A program made the position numbers and the translations under genes. From Candidatus Poseidoniales archaeon (GTDB lineage Archaea > Thermoplasmatota > Poseidoniia > Poseidoniales > Poseidoniaceae): a DNA stretch of 64,000 bases. Below, piece by piece: positions 1 through 9,894 of the stretch. Numbering within the stretch: position 1 is the stretch's first letter; each line of letters opens with the position of its first letter. The notes beneath the pieces are model-generated. The model saw nothing but the letters and a program-made list of their open reading frames with translations. It did not search any database and was not told the DNA's origin. The DNA is taken from contig DUDM01000034.1 in NCBI GenBank assembly GCA_012959275.1, positions 16,688 through 80,687 on the forward strand, given 5' to 3'.

Positions 1-156
1 GGCATCAGAGAGCCATTGCGAATCAGTCGCCAAGCCATCAAAGGAGCCACCGATTCTGCCATCGCAGTATTGCGAATTGATGATATTCTATGGGCCAAGC
101 AAGATGCACAAGTTCCAGATGAAGTCCAACAGAGATTGGATGAACAATATGGTTGA
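1..156 (+). CDS. ths: thermosome / group II chaperonin subunit, C-terminal fragment (5' end lies outside the window)
   Basis: Frame +1 reads GIREPLRISRQAIKGATDSAIAVLRIDDILWAKQDAQVPDEVQQRLDEQYG with a stop at 154-156. The A..A...LRIDDI tail is typical of CCT/thermosome C-termini. It is absent from the ORF track because no start codon lies in the window. Confidence 0.7.
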   Translation, partial: GIREPLRISRQAIKGATDSAIAVLRIDDILWAKQDAQVPDEVQQRLDEQYG

Positions 157-248
157 AAAGAAAGGGGTTGACCATTCTCTTAGTTATCGTATCCATGGCT
201 TCAATGATTGGTGCTTCTGCCTTCTTTGACATGCGCGGAGTGTTCTGA

Positions 249-1739
249 TTACTGTTTAGTAATCATGTGGTGTAATGCACGCACGTGAATTCCTGTTGCG
301 CCATGTGCAACCATTTTGTTGGTCTTGGCTCCCCATGCAGTTCCAGCGATATCCAAGTGGGCCCAAGGAATCTGCTTTGCATCTTCATCATCGCTCTGTT
401 TCTGAACGAATTGCTTGAGGAAAGCTGCGGCACCATTGGAGCCACCCCAGCGGGTTGGACCGATGTTTTGTAGGTCAGCAATCTTACTGCTTTTCATTTC
501 TTTTTCAAAGGCCGGAAGCAGAGGCATCTGCCAGATTAATTCTCCACAGGCATCTCCAGATACCCGTAGGCGCTTTGCTAAATCATCATCATTTGACCAC
601 ATTCCAGTAGCCTCATGTCCCAGTGCAACAACAATTGCTCCTGTGAGGGTTGCAAGGTCGACAATCCATGATGGATTATATTCTCCAGCCTTCCATAGTC
701 CATCTGCAAGAACTAGTCTACCTTCCGCATCGGTGTTCAATACCTCGATGGTCTTACCTGATAGTGTTGTGATTATGTCCCCAGGGCGTTGTGCATTTGA
801 GGAAGGCATATTTTCTGCCATGCAGGAAATAGCGATGATACGCTTTTCATGACCGCTGGCCCACAATGCCTGCATTAGTCCAAAGACGGTAGCAGAACCA
901 TGCATATCGTACTTCATTTCGTCCATACTTGAACTTGGCTTAATTGAGATTCCACCGGTATCGAAAGTGATTCCCTTGCCGACAATCACTGGAGGCTGAT
1001 TTCCCGCATCAGGATTCAAATCGAAAATTACCATGCATGGTTTGCGGTCGCTTCCCATTCCAACTGCGCATAGTCCACCCATGCCGAGTTCTACTGCTGC
1101 CTCGTATGAGATAATCTTGACATCGACATTACTCTTTTCTTTGGCCCAATTATTGGCTTCTTGTGCATAGGCCATTGGGTAGAGGTGGTTAGGTGGAGCA
1201 TTTCCTAGGTCTCTGGCTAAGTGAACTCCTGTTGCTACTTGAGTAGCAGTTCCAGTAGCAGTTATCAGCAGGTCGATATTTTCTGTTGCCACTTGAGCGT
1301 GGAGAACCAAGTCCTCATCCTCATCATCGTCATCCTTTGTTTTGTATTTATCATAGGAGTAATCGCGAAGAATTGCCCCTTCTAAGTAGGCGGCTGCTTG
1401 GCTTGAATTCATACAACTTAAGCGAGCGGTAAATTCGCATCCATGTTGCTTTCCTCGCTTTGCCACCAAAGAGGCTCCAGCATTTCGGGCAGCATCATCA
1501 TCAAAATCTGCGGATTTACCTAGGCCGACAAGAATAACTTTTCCTTCGAGGTTATGAATGGTTAGGGAACTACCTTCTTTAGCTCTGAAATCACCAGCAT
1601 CAATGACATGTTCAATCATGTTCAAGAGATTTCTATGAACTCCAAAGTGGTCGAAACCTTCGCTGCTGCATTCATCCTCAAACATAGGTAAAACCAAGGT
1701 GCCAGCTACATTTCCATATCCATCTACCTTGACTTCCAT
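249..1739 (-). CDS. pepA: leucyl aminopeptidase (peptidase M17)
   Basis: 496-aa ORF with the M17 signature NTDAEGRL (VLNTDAEGRLVLAD) and VGKGITFDTGGISIKP. An acidic insert KTKDDDDEDEDL lies in the N-terminal domain. Confidence 0.9.
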   Translation of the reverse strand: MEVKVDGYGNVAGTLVLPMFEDECSSEGFDHFGVHRNLLNMIEHVIDAGDFRAKEGSSLTIHNLEGKVILVGLGKSADFDDDAARNAGASLVAKRGKQHGCEFTARLSCMNSSQAAAYLEGAILRDYSYDKYKTKDDDDEDEDLVLHAQVATENIDLLITATGTATQVATGVHLARDLGNAPPNHLYPMAYAQEANNWAKEKSNVDVKIISYEAAVELGMGGLCAVGMGSDRKPCMVIFDLNPDAGNQPPVIVGKGITFDTGGISIKPSSSMDEMKYDMHGSATVFGLMQALWASGHEKRIIAISCMAENMPSSNAQRPGDIITTLSGKTIEVLNTDAEGRLVLADGLWKAGEYNPSWIVDLATLTGAIVVALGHEATGMWSNDDDLAKRLRVSGDACGELIWQMPLLPAFEKEMKSSKIADLQNIGPTRWGGSNGAAAFLKQFVQKQSDDEDAKQIPWAHLDIAGTAWGAKTNKMVAHGATGIHVRALHHMITKQ

Positions 1740-1788
1740 TCTCTCAACCAGTTTAGGCGAGTAGGATTGGCTTTGTCAAGCCTCGCCT

Positions 1789-3243
1789 TCAAACATTTGT
1801 CCTGCCTAGCCACCATGCCGCTGCTAACATCGCAAAAATCATGCTAAATGGGTCAAACATTCCCCACCCCCCCAACCAATTTTCATCCTCAACTTGTTCT
1901 GCAAAGGATACATCCTCCGAGCCTATGGTCTCAAATACAACCTGACTGACATCAATAACTCTTTTTTGATATATCAGCATGAATGTACCTCCATCGCTAA
2001 TTTCATCTGGCCTGTTGAATTCAATATCTGTAGAATTACTAGCATTGACAGAAAAAATCTCTCCAAGCATGACCCCTTCACCCTTTCCAAAAGAAAAACT
2101 GCGGTTTCCATCGATTATAGTGTTATTAAATTCATTATTTTCAGCGAAGTTCATTTCTGAAAGATTGATATCTTCTGGGAACCACCAAAGGGAAGCATTT
2201 GAGGTGGTTGAGAGGCCATCATTAACAACAGTTGCAGAAATGCTAGAATCACTTAAGGTAAAATCTGAGACATTCAATCTGGCTCGCCAAAAATAGACAT
2301 TGGAAATTAGATATTTCATCACATCTAATTCGACTGATAGACGGTCACTCAGACTTTGGGCTGTACCAGGCAAGAATTGTTCATCATCGGTCTCGAAGGT
2401 GAAAGTGGGGAATCCCATGACACCGTAGCCATAATCGCGACTTGTTCCGTGAGTCGGGTAGATTCCGGCGTTGGCATTTTGGACAGGTAGGTCGGCATCG
2501 ATATCAGAATGAATGGTGTCTGCGATGTGGGTAAAAAGTTCCCAGTCGCTAGGCATATCGCCGGTAAAACCCCATGGGAATGCGAGGATCCATGTTCCTG
2601 TGTGCATTGTTACGTAGAGGTCGGCATTGCTAGCGAATTCTTTCATGTATTCGGCATTGTTTCGAGTTTCAGGTTCACTGAATGGTCCGCTACCACTTCG
2701 GGTTTCCTCGGTTGTCCAGTGGTGGTCATAGTTGCGGTTGAGGTCGACAGCGTTGGTATTCCAACGGTTATCGATATCATTGCCGTCGGCATTGAGTAGA
2801 ATCATGATGTGTAATTCTGTATTCTGCAGAACTCCGATGGTTTCTTCATCACCTGCAACAAATCCTTCTACGTAGTATTCTGCAACCAAGAAGGCTAATT
2901 CGGTACCAAGGTGTTCATTGCCGTGGTGGCCACCATCGATGTAGACAACATCTTTTGGACTTCCATCGACTTTAGTTTCCACAGAGTAGTCGGTTATTTG
3001 CAAAACCCATTGGTTTTTACCAAGTACTGTTGTGCCAGCACTGACCACTTTTACCACTTCAGGGTAGTCGTCATTCCATTGCATAATATCATAGGTCAAA
3101 GTTGCCCAAGAATGATACCAATGTTCTTGCACAATATCGGGTTGTTGAGCCTCTGAAATTGGGGCCGTAAAGGGTGCGAGAACCAGCATAGCCAGAAGTA
3201 TGTAGGTCCGCATCAAACCCTGCTGAGCCTTGCCATTCATCAA
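1789..3243 (-). CDS. secreted zinc carboxypeptidase (peptidase M14) with C-terminal membrane anchor
   Basis: Signal peptide MRTYILLAMLVLAPFTAP. M14 motifs IDGGHHGNEHLG and LNADGND...DLNRNY. The C-terminus has a hydrophobic segment, FSMIFAMLAAAWWLG. Confidence 0.85.
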   Translation of the reverse strand: MMNGKAQQGLMRTYILLAMLVLAPFTAPISEAQQPDIVQEHWYHSWATLTYDIMQWNDDYPEVVKVVSAGTTVLGKNQWVLQITDYSVETKVDGSPKDVVYIDGGHHGNEHLGTELAFLVAEYYVEGFVAGDEETIGVLQNTELHIMILLNADGNDIDNRWNTNAVDLNRNYDHHWTTEETRSGSGPFSEPETRNNAEYMKEFASNADLYVTMHTGTWILAFPWGFTGDMPSDWELFTHIADTIHSDIDADLPVQNANAGIYPTHGTSRDYGYGVMGFPTFTFETDDEQFLPGTAQSLSDRLSVELDVMKYLISNVYFWRARLNVSDFTLSDSSISATVVNDGLSTTSNASLWWFPEDINLSEMNFAENNEFNNTIIDGNRSFSFGKGEGVMLGEIFSVNASNSTDIEFNRPDEISDGGTFMLIYQKRVIDVSQVVFETIGSEDVSFAEQVEDENWLGGWGMFDPFSMIFAMLAAAWWLGRTNV

Positions 3244-3294
3244 TCATCCTCTATCATGAGTCACCTTCAAAACCTGATTTGAGCCGCAAGAGCC

Positions 3295-3675
3295 GTGTCA
3301 GACCAACTTGCCCATGGCCGCCATGTCTATCTTGACTATACCGGCTTCCATCCGCAAATTGAAGATGTTGCCACTTGGATGCTGGATTTGCTTCTTGATG
3401 CTGCAAAGGAATCGGGCGTGAAGGTGGTTCATTCCCACGTTGAACCATTTGATGGTGTTGAATCCCCTGCCGGCTTTGCAGCAGTGGTTTTAATCGACGA
3501 GAGCCATATCACCGCACATTCCTATGAAGAAAAAGGTTGGTTGGCGATTGATGCTTTCACCTGTGGAGAACATGACCCAAATGATATTGCTGATAGGTTG
3601 CACATGTCCTTGCAGTATTCATGTCCAAATTTGCAATTGAAAGGTCGACGTTGTGTTGGTAGATTTCTAAATTGA
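3295..3675 (+). CDS. speH: S-adenosylmethionine decarboxylase proenzyme (pyruvoyl type, SpeH family; the arginine decarboxylase paralogue cannot be excluded)
   Basis: 126 aa with a GTG start. The self-cleavage region DESHITAHSYEE and the TCG motif are typical of small archaeal/bacterial AdoMetDC. Confidence 0.8.
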   Translation: MSDQLAHGRHVYLDYTGFHPQIEDVATWMLDLLLDAAKESGVKVVHSHVEPFDGVESPAGFAAVVLIDESHITAHSYEEKGWLAIDAFTCGEHDPNDIADRLHMSLQYSCPNLQLKGRRCVGRFLN

Positions 3676-3681
3676 GGTGTG

Positions 3682-4587
3682 ATGATGCGCCGATTCATCG
3701 ATGAAAACCTACATCATTTCAATGCTGGTGAGTTGCAGCGCTGTGCTGCTTCACTCGATTCATTTCTCAAGCAAGGCGGGAAGTTAATGATTACATTAGC
3801 AGGTGCAATGTCAACTGCGCGAATCGGCATCTTACTTGGCCCAGCAATTCGTGCTGGCTTGGTTCACGCCATCTCCTGTACGGGTGCTAATCTCGAAGAA
3901 GACCTGTTTAGAGTAGTTGCACCCGATTCTTACCCTGATATCGATTGGAGAAATCTTTCAGCAGAAGAAGAAGCCAATTTACAAAATAGAGTTACTGATA
4001 CTTGTATTCCTGAAGAAGAAGCGATTCGAAAAGTAGGGGCACAGTTGCTGAAGGTTTGGAATGAATCAACTTTGGATAAACCGCCTCATAAGTATCTCTA
4101 TGAAGTATTACCAGAATCAGAATCTAGTTGGCTTTGTGCAGCCAGAGAGATGAATATACCAATTTTCACTCCTGCTTGGGCAGATAGTACTCTAGGTAAT
4201 ATCTTTAGTGCTTATTTAATCGATGGAAGTATTGAATCTTCATCGATAATTCGCAATGACCTTGACCGAATGAAGGACTTGGCAGAATGGTATCAAAACC
4301 AAAACAACGCAATTGGATTTCTACAAGTAGGAGGCGGTATTGCTGGTGATTACCCAATCTGTGTTGTACCAATGCTACGCCAAGACCTCGGATTAGCAGT
4401 ACCAATGTGGGCTTGGTTCGCCCAAATTTCAGAATCTCGTTCTTCATTCGGTGGTTATTCAGGAGCACCGCCTAATGAAAAAATATCTTGGGGGAAAATA
4501 GGGGTTGATACTCCACGTTTTGTAATAGAATCAGATGCAACCATCGTACTACCGATGATTCTGCAATACCTACTAGACGGGCAATGA
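3682..4587 (+). CDS. dys: deoxyhypusine synthase
   Basis: About 300 aa, starting 7 nt after the speH stop (GTG ATG ATG). It has LQVGGGIAGDYP and the catalytic-lysine context EKISWGKIG typical of DHS. Confidence 0.85.
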   Translation: MMRRFIDENLHHFNAGELQRCAASLDSFLKQGGKLMITLAGAMSTARIGILLGPAIRAGLVHAISCTGANLEEDLFRVVAPDSYPDIDWRNLSAEEEANLQNRVTDTCIPEEEAIRKVGAQLLKVWNESTLDKPPHKYLYEVLPESESSWLCAAREMNIPIFTPAWADSTLGNIFSAYLIDGSIESSSIIRNDLDRMKDLAEWYQNQNNAIGFLQVGGGIAGDYPICVVPMLRQDLGLAVPMWAWFAQISESRSSFGGYSGAPPNEKISWGKIGVDTPRFVIESDATIVLPMILQYLLDGQ

Positions 4588-5559
4588 CTGGAAATAATCA
4601 CACTCAATCAGAGGTCGCTCTTTTCCATTGCGAGTGGGGGAATGCCAGCGCCCTTCTTGACGAGCATGAATGTGGCAGGCTAAGACCTTAGTTGCTAACA
4701 TTGCAGCAGTGAATTGGGTCAATGGACTATCCTTTCCTGGTACGATCTCATTAACATCAGAGGAGATAATCTTAGCACTTGGGTTGGCGAATAATACTTC
4801 AATGGCCTCAACAGCATGCCACATTTGCAAACCACCAGCAACCGGTGTGCCAGTATCTGGAACCAATGCCCCATCCATGCCATCGATGTCGATACTGAGA
4901 TGAACTGGACCTGTTATCGATGAAAGAACCGCCAGTAATTCTTGCCAAACCTTTGTTCCATCACACGGGCTCATCAAATCACGGGCAAAAAAAGTCTGAA
5001 CTCGAGAATCATTCTCGATGACTTCAGCTTCTTCTCGACTATATGCTCGAACACCAATCTGAATCAAGCGACCTACGCCCATTTCGAGGGTACGCGCAGC
5101 CGCACATGCATGCGACCATTTTTCTCCACCCAATTGAGAACGCAGATCAGCATGGGCATCGATTTGAACTATTGTTATTTCAGAAAGCGAGGTTGATTGA
5201 GCCTGCATGACAGTTGGTAAAATACCATGTTCCCCTCCCAAAACAATTGGAAAGCAATCACCTACAAACCATGGTTGGAGGTATGTTGTCATCGAATCTA
5301 ATTGCGCTAACAACGAATTTCCAAAGCCACCCCACTCTTTAGCGGTATGAATAGAAACTCCAGCCGGCAAGTCTTCAGAAAGCAGCGAATCATATATTTC
5401 AACTTGAGCAGATGCAGCGATACAAGCAGCAGGACCTTTGGCTGTACCTTCGCCATAAGAAGTAGTCAATTCATACGGCAGGGAAAGAATCACAACATCG
5501 ACTTCAGGAATGCTTTCGCTCAAACCGAGAAAGTTACCCTCGACATATCCGTCCGCCAT
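4573..5559 (-). CDS. speB: agmatinase / ureohydrolase family
   Basis: Mn-ligand motifs GGEHGI, QIDAHADLR and SIDIDGMD. The track ORF extends to 5766, but the first 69 codons are Cys/Phe-rich nonsense. I start at the ATG at 5559 (MADGYVEGNF). Confidence 0.85.
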   Translation of the reverse strand: MADGYVEGNFLGLSESIPEVDVVILSLPYELTTSYGEGTAKGPAACIAASAQVEIYDSLLSEDLPAGVSIHTAKEWGGFGNSLLAQLDSMTTYLQPWFVGDCFPIVLGGEHGILPTVMQAQSTSLSEITIVQIDAHADLRSQLGGEKWSHACAAARTLEMGVGRLIQIGVRAYSREEAEVIENDSRVQTFFARDLMSPCDGTKVWQELLAVLSSITGPVHLSIDIDGMDGALVPDTGTPVAGGLQMWHAVEAIEVLFANPSAKIISSDVNEIVPGKDSPLTQFTAAMLATKVLACHIHARQEGRWHSPTRNGKERPLIECDYFQSLPV

Positions 5560-5732
5560 CGGCTTGGCGCGCCGTTGCGCGAATATCAAAGCGACTATTG
5601 AAACAAAACAGGGCAAAAAGAAGGTTGCGCGCAGGATTATTGATATACTACGGAGTACAGATAGAATTACTGCGCAGCAAGAGAAATCGTGGCAACCGTA
5701 AGGAGTCAGCGCAAACACAAGAGGGGCTAAAG

Positions 5733-6155
5733 ATGGGAATGTCATTACATGAATTAACACAGGCAATCAGACAACATATTGATTCAGAGATGGAATCCGA
5801 TGTTGCATCAGGAATGGCCGAGCACGCCCTTGGCTTCTTCGGCTTCTATGAGAGAATTATTGACAATGCTCTTGAACCCACCGACCGAAACCTGTTCTAC
5901 ATGTTCCAAGATTACAATCTTCTAACTACCGAATCAGAGGAAACAACACTCTGGGATGGCCGTGAATGGAGAATCCATTATTGGCGCTTCAAGCCAGAAC
6001 TGCGCGAGAAAGTGCAAGCCTACATGGATCGCAACAAACCCGAAATCAAGGTTGACCCATTCGCCGACGTCTATGGAGATATCGGAGAGGTTGTATGGAA
6101 TAGGGATGATGACCAACCTGTCAACCCTAATGCATTCACCAATGAACGTTGGTGA
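5733..6155 (+). CDS. hypothetical cytoplasmic protein (family not recognised)
   Basis: ATG at 5733 preceded by GAGGGG. Clean 140-aa acidic protein (MGMSLHELTQAIRQHID...). The upstream 45 codons of the track ORF are basic junk. Confidence 0.6.
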   Translation: MGMSLHELTQAIRQHIDSEMESDVASGMAEHALGFFGFYERIIDNALEPTDRNLFYMFQDYNLLTTESEETTLWDGREWRIHYWRFKPELREKVQAYMDRNKPEIKVDPFADVYGDIGEVVWNRDDDQPVNPNAFTNERW

Positions 6156-6206
6156 GACACACAGTATACCGAAGCCGTTGAATAGGTCGCTCTTGCATGG
6201 AATCCC

Positions 6207-9200
6207 ATGCTCAAACGGCAGTTAAGCCTAGTACTAGTTACTATTTTCCTTCTTTCCTCAGTAGTACCGATGGTGTCTGCACAAAGTCAAGTTCCTGGAT
6301 ATAATATTGAAACTGCATGGGTATCCGATACTTCTAATCAACAGGTACATGCTTACCACTTTGCATTTGATAATGCAATTAATTCGACAACAATTGAATT
6401 TTCAACAGATATTACCCATACTGATGAAGATGGAAACCTCCTGAACACAACTCAAGCAACATCAACAGCGGGTTTGACTTTCATTGATGACAGAACCTTA
6501 GAAGTTATTCTACCGGATAGAGTTTCATTTGCTGATACGATAACGATAGAAGCAGGCTGGGCGGGACTTGAATCAACAAACTTGACTAGAATCATCAAAG
6601 CAACTGTATGGAACCAACCTATCGCTGACCATGAAGTAACCATAACAACAAATTGGAACCTAAATCACACTTATGAGGATGAGAATGGCTCACAACGTTA
6701 CTTACTACTATTCAATGGCAGAGGTTGGCAAGAGCGAGCAGGAAATACTCTTAGCGCTTGGGAATTAGGAGATGGCAGTATAACCATTAGAGAAGTTGGT
6801 GAAAACGAAACCACTTGGATTAACTTGACCTTGGAGGAGATTTGGAGAAATGAGACATCAATTGATGGTGAATTACGCTCTCAATACTTTGATGCTCATG
6901 GTTGGGGAGACCTTGTTGTCGTTCAATCAGATTCAGAAATGGATGAAATGAGAATTACAGGTCAAGTGTCAGCAGCCCACTTCAACCGCAGTACGGTGGA
7001 CGGGATAGTTTCAGAAAGAACTGAACTTGAAGCAACAGGAATTCTCAATGGAACAAATGTCGATGACGATAGCGAATTATGGATTAATGGCACAGTATCT
7101 CTATTATTCTTTGAGCGCTGGGAAGTTGATGGCGAAATAAAACACGACTTAAATCGCTTTGAAGGTTATGCTGACATGGAAATGAAAGATGGCGAAAGCC
7201 AATTTAACATCGACATCTCAAATATTGAATCATATGAAGAGTGGCAAGATGGAGTGCGAATTGGACAAAGTGAATCTCTCGCTGGCACGGGAACTTTTGG
7301 TTTTGCTGGCGAAGATGATGATGGAGGAGATATAGTTGTTAATGGCACGGTTTATTCTCTAATAGAAAAAAGTGAAAATGGCCTAGTAACAGATAGATAT
7401 CTGCATTTAGATGGTACATTTAGCGGTGATGCAGATGGCTCATTTGGGGTAATTAACCAGATTGAGGCTAGCGGCAATTGGCAAAATGACAACGGCTCTG
7501 AATATCCTGTAAACATCATTTTAGAGGAAAGTTGGTTCAATCTAAGCGCTGCAGTTGGTACTAATGCCTTTCAGAACCATAACAAAACTTGGAATTATGA
7601 AGTTCCAAACATAGACTGGGAGAATCAAACCATATATCGGAAGTGGGAATCAACTGGCCTTGACAACGATCGAGGAGATGAATACCCCGAAAACTCTCCT
7701 GAAGAAGTTCCCGTTGAGCCTCCAGAGACCGAAGACGGACTGGGGGAAGTCAACATAAGTCGTGAAACAGGCATCGTGCCAGTGCCACTATTGCCTGGGG
7801 ATAGAGTATCATTATTGGGTAGTGATATTGTCTATCTTGACATCGAAGCAACCAGCCTAACTCAGATCACCAAAGACGGCCACATTCTCAATACAACGGC
7901 TTGGATTGGAAGCTATTGGAATACAAATGACAGTATTACAGATTCATTAGCATCAGGTTCCATCGTCAATGAAGGCCCATTGGCAGGGCTATTAGCAACA
8001 GTGTCCCGCCAACTTACTCTGCCTGCAGTTAATGATATTCCAGCAACTTTCACTGAAGTTCAGAGTCTTGAGAGAATTATTTACCCAAGCATCGTAGCAT
8101 CAAATGAAAACAACCCACCCCAGATTGTCTCAATTGGCTTAGTTGGAAGTTTGGTCAATGAGGATGGAGTGCCAGCCCACCTTGAAGTAGTTATTTCTGA
8201 CCCAGACTGGAATGTTGTAGAAGTTGTTGCTAACTTAAGCAGCCTTGGAATGTCAGCTCAAGTCCAACTTAATGATAAGGGCGGGGATGGTGACCAAACT
8301 ATCCACGATGATATCTGGACAACATCAGTTTCAGTGCTCGGCGCAGAACATGGAGAGGTAGAAATCAGCGTCACTGCGACTGACATTTGGGGAGAGAGCG
8401 ACACTGGAGTGGGTTCCTTGGAAGTACACAACCAAGCGCCCCGCCTTCTAACTTGGACCCATGTGCCTTCACTTACTTTTAGAGGTGAAGTAATCATTGT
8501 CAATGCAGAAGCATATGACCTCAATGGAGTAACACGAGTTGCCATCGATCTACGAGATGAAGGGGGAGAATTAGCAGATTTACAATTCAATAGTGTGGTT
8601 GGAAACTGGGCAGGGGAAATTGAAATCCCATCTGTAATGGAACCCGGCGAACAATCTCTAGATATTTACCTCGAAGATGATGATGGCGCCTCAAAGACAG
8701 TATCCTCAACTCAGGCATCAGGTAGCCATTTCATCAGTAGTGCTGACGATAAAGATATCAAAATTATGATTCTAAACCAAGGTCCAGTCATCCAAGTGAT
8801 GGCATTGGAGCCTGAAGAAATTCAAGAAGTATTGAATGATGGAGATGAAGTAACTTACACACTGACCATTCAAGTTAGCGACCCTGATGGGGTTCGCTGG
8901 GTGAAAGCCGACATTGGAGACCTTGCACCGGTGGGCTCGGCTATTTCTTGGGTTATCATGAAGGATAATGGTCAGGATGGAGATGTGACAGCAGGAGATG
9001 GGATTTTCAGTGTTCAATTCGATAGTCGAAGAGGATTACCAACAGGTGCTTTTCCGATTACATTCAAGGCTCAAGATGATTTTGAAATGGAATCTATTAA
9101 TGACGAATACGTTCTCAAAGTAGTTGAAGAAGAACAGAATACATTGGACCCTGATGGTGTGTTTGGTGCCTTGGATAATTCAGTAGTCATCATCTCTGTA

Positions 9201-9326
9201 ATCGGTATGATTGTTGTTATTGGAGCAGTTATTGCATTGCTATCATTTGTAAAAAAGCGCAAAGAAAACAAGGATAATCCATGGTCTGGCAAAAAACAAG
9301 GAGAAGATCCTTGGGGTAATCAGTAA
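6207..9326 (+). CDS. giant acidic cell-surface protein (signal peptide, N-glycosylation sequons, Ig-like modules, C-terminal TM anchor)
   Basis: 1039 aa with signal peptide LVLVTIFLLSSVVPMVSAQS and many NxS/T sites. Repeated modules carry D-G-D motifs (LNDKGGDGDQTIHDDIWTTSVSV; MKDNGQDGDVTAGDGIFSVQF). C-terminal TM segment VVIISVIGMIVVIGAVIALLSFV followed by KKRK. Confidence 0.8.
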   Translation: MLKRQLSLVLVTIFLLSSVVPMVSAQSQVPGYNIETAWVSDTSNQQVHAYHFAFDNAINSTTIEFSTDITHTDEDGNLLNTTQATSTAGLTFIDDRTLEVILPDRVSFADTITIEAGWAGLESTNLTRIIKATVWNQPIADHEVTITTNWNLNHTYEDENGSQRYLLLFNGRGWQERAGNTLSAWELGDGSITIREVGENETTWINLTLEEIWRNETSIDGELRSQYFDAHGWGDLVVVQSDSEMDEMRITGQVSAAHFNRSTVDGIVSERTELEATGILNGTNVDDDSELWINGTVSLLFFERWEVDGEIKHDLNRFEGYADMEMKDGESQFNIDISNIESYEEWQDGVRIGQSESLAGTGTFGFAGEDDDGGDIVVNGTVYSLIEKSENGLVTDRYLHLDGTFSGDADGSFGVINQIEASGNWQNDNGSEYPVNIILEESWFNLSAAVGTNAFQNHNKTWNYEVPNIDWENQTIYRKWESTGLDNDRGDEYPENSPEEVPVEPPETEDGLGEVNISRETGIVPVPLLPGDRVSLLGSDIVYLDIEATSLTQITKDGHILNTTAWIGSYWNTNDSITDSLASGSIVNEGPLAGLLATVSRQLTLPAVNDIPATFTEVQSLERIIYPSIVASNENNPPQIVSIGLVGSLVNEDGVPAHLEVVISDPDWNVVEVVANLSSLGMSAQVQLNDKGGDGDQTIHDDIWTTSVSVLGAEHGEVEISVTATDIWGESDTGVGSLEVHNQAPRLLTWTHVPSLTFRGEVIIVNAEAYDLNGVTRVAIDLRDEGGELADLQFNSVVGNWAGEIEIPSVMEPGEQSLDIYLEDDDGASKTVSSTQASGSHFISSADDKDIKIMILNQGPVIQVMALEPEEIQEVLNDGDEVTYTLTIQVSDPDGVRWVKADIGDLAPVGSAISWVIMKDNGQDGDVTAGDGIFSVQFDSRRGLPTGAFPITFKAQDDFEMESINDEYVLKVVEEEQNTLDPDGVFGALDNSVVIISVIGMIVVIGAVIALLSFVKKRKENKDNPWSGKKQGEDPWGNQ

Positions 9327-9390
9327 TCACCACATCTGTTCACGCGATAGGCACTCGCAACATTAGATTAGTATCGATAAATGGCTTGAA

Positions 9391-9465
9391 TGGTGCGAGC
9401 GCCGAGATTTGAACTCGGGTTCAAGCGTTGGCAACGCTCGGTGATAACCACTACACTACGCTCGC
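9391..9465 (-). tRNA. tRNA-Gly (anticodon GCC), CCA encoded
   Basis: The reverse complement reads GCGAGCG-UA-GUGUAGUGGUUAUCAC-C-GAGCG-UUGCCAA-CGCUU-GAAC-CCGAG-UUCAAAU-CUCGG-CGCUCGC-A-CCA. It has a 7-bp acceptor stem, a GCC anticodon in a 7-nt loop and a T-loop UUCAAAU. Confidence 0.9.
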
Positions 9466-9561
9466 AATGCAAGCAGGGCCATCCGTCATGGGTATGAAAG
9501 ATTGTCGTTTGCCATTCCTGCATAACAACGTGGGGAAAGGAATACAACCTAAAACACCCCG

Positions 9562-9894
9562 ATGTACTCTATGGGCGAACAACGCATCATCTACGTGGGT
9601 CACAAAGCAAGACACCTCTACATCCGCGCTGTGGTGATGGCAATGGAAGGTGGCGAACGAGATGTTGTTCTCATCGCTCGCGGCGCTTGTATCCGCAACG
9701 CCGTCGATGTTGCAGAGATGTGCCGCCGACGTTTTGGCTATGTTGCAGAAGGTCTTCCTGAAAACATGAGTATTGTTGGTATAGAATCGGAGACTGAAGA
9801 AGTAGAGCGTGAGGATGGACGAACGAGTAATGTCAGCGTTTTGAAAATCAATTTAGTTGGCGAAGGAGAGATACCTCCACGTGAAGAAGAGTAA
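9562..9894 (+). CDS. albA: Alba DNA/RNA-binding chromatin protein
   Basis: IYVGHKARHLYIRAVVMAMEGGERDVVLIARGACIRNAVDVAEMCRRRF matches the Alba fold pattern. The start may be the second ATG at 9571. Confidence 0.85.
   Translation: MYSMGEQRIIYVGHKARHLYIRAVVMAMEGGERDVVLIARGACIRNAVDVAEMCRRRFGYVAEGLPENMSIVGIESETEEVEREDGRTSNVSVLKINLVGEGEIPPREEE

Noticed and set aside
38-232. 64-aa minus-strand ORF at the window start
   Set aside because: Most of it lies antisense to the clearly conserved thermosome C-terminus (plus frame 1, stop at 154-156). It has no recognisable features and is treated as a shadow ORF.
5574-5631. Direct repeat GTTGCGCG (5574-5581 and 5624-5631), plus nearby CTGCGCAG, in the speB / 5733-gene divergent region
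   Set aside because: The repeats are short (8 bp) and few. They may be an operator, but there is not enough evidence to call a regulatory site.
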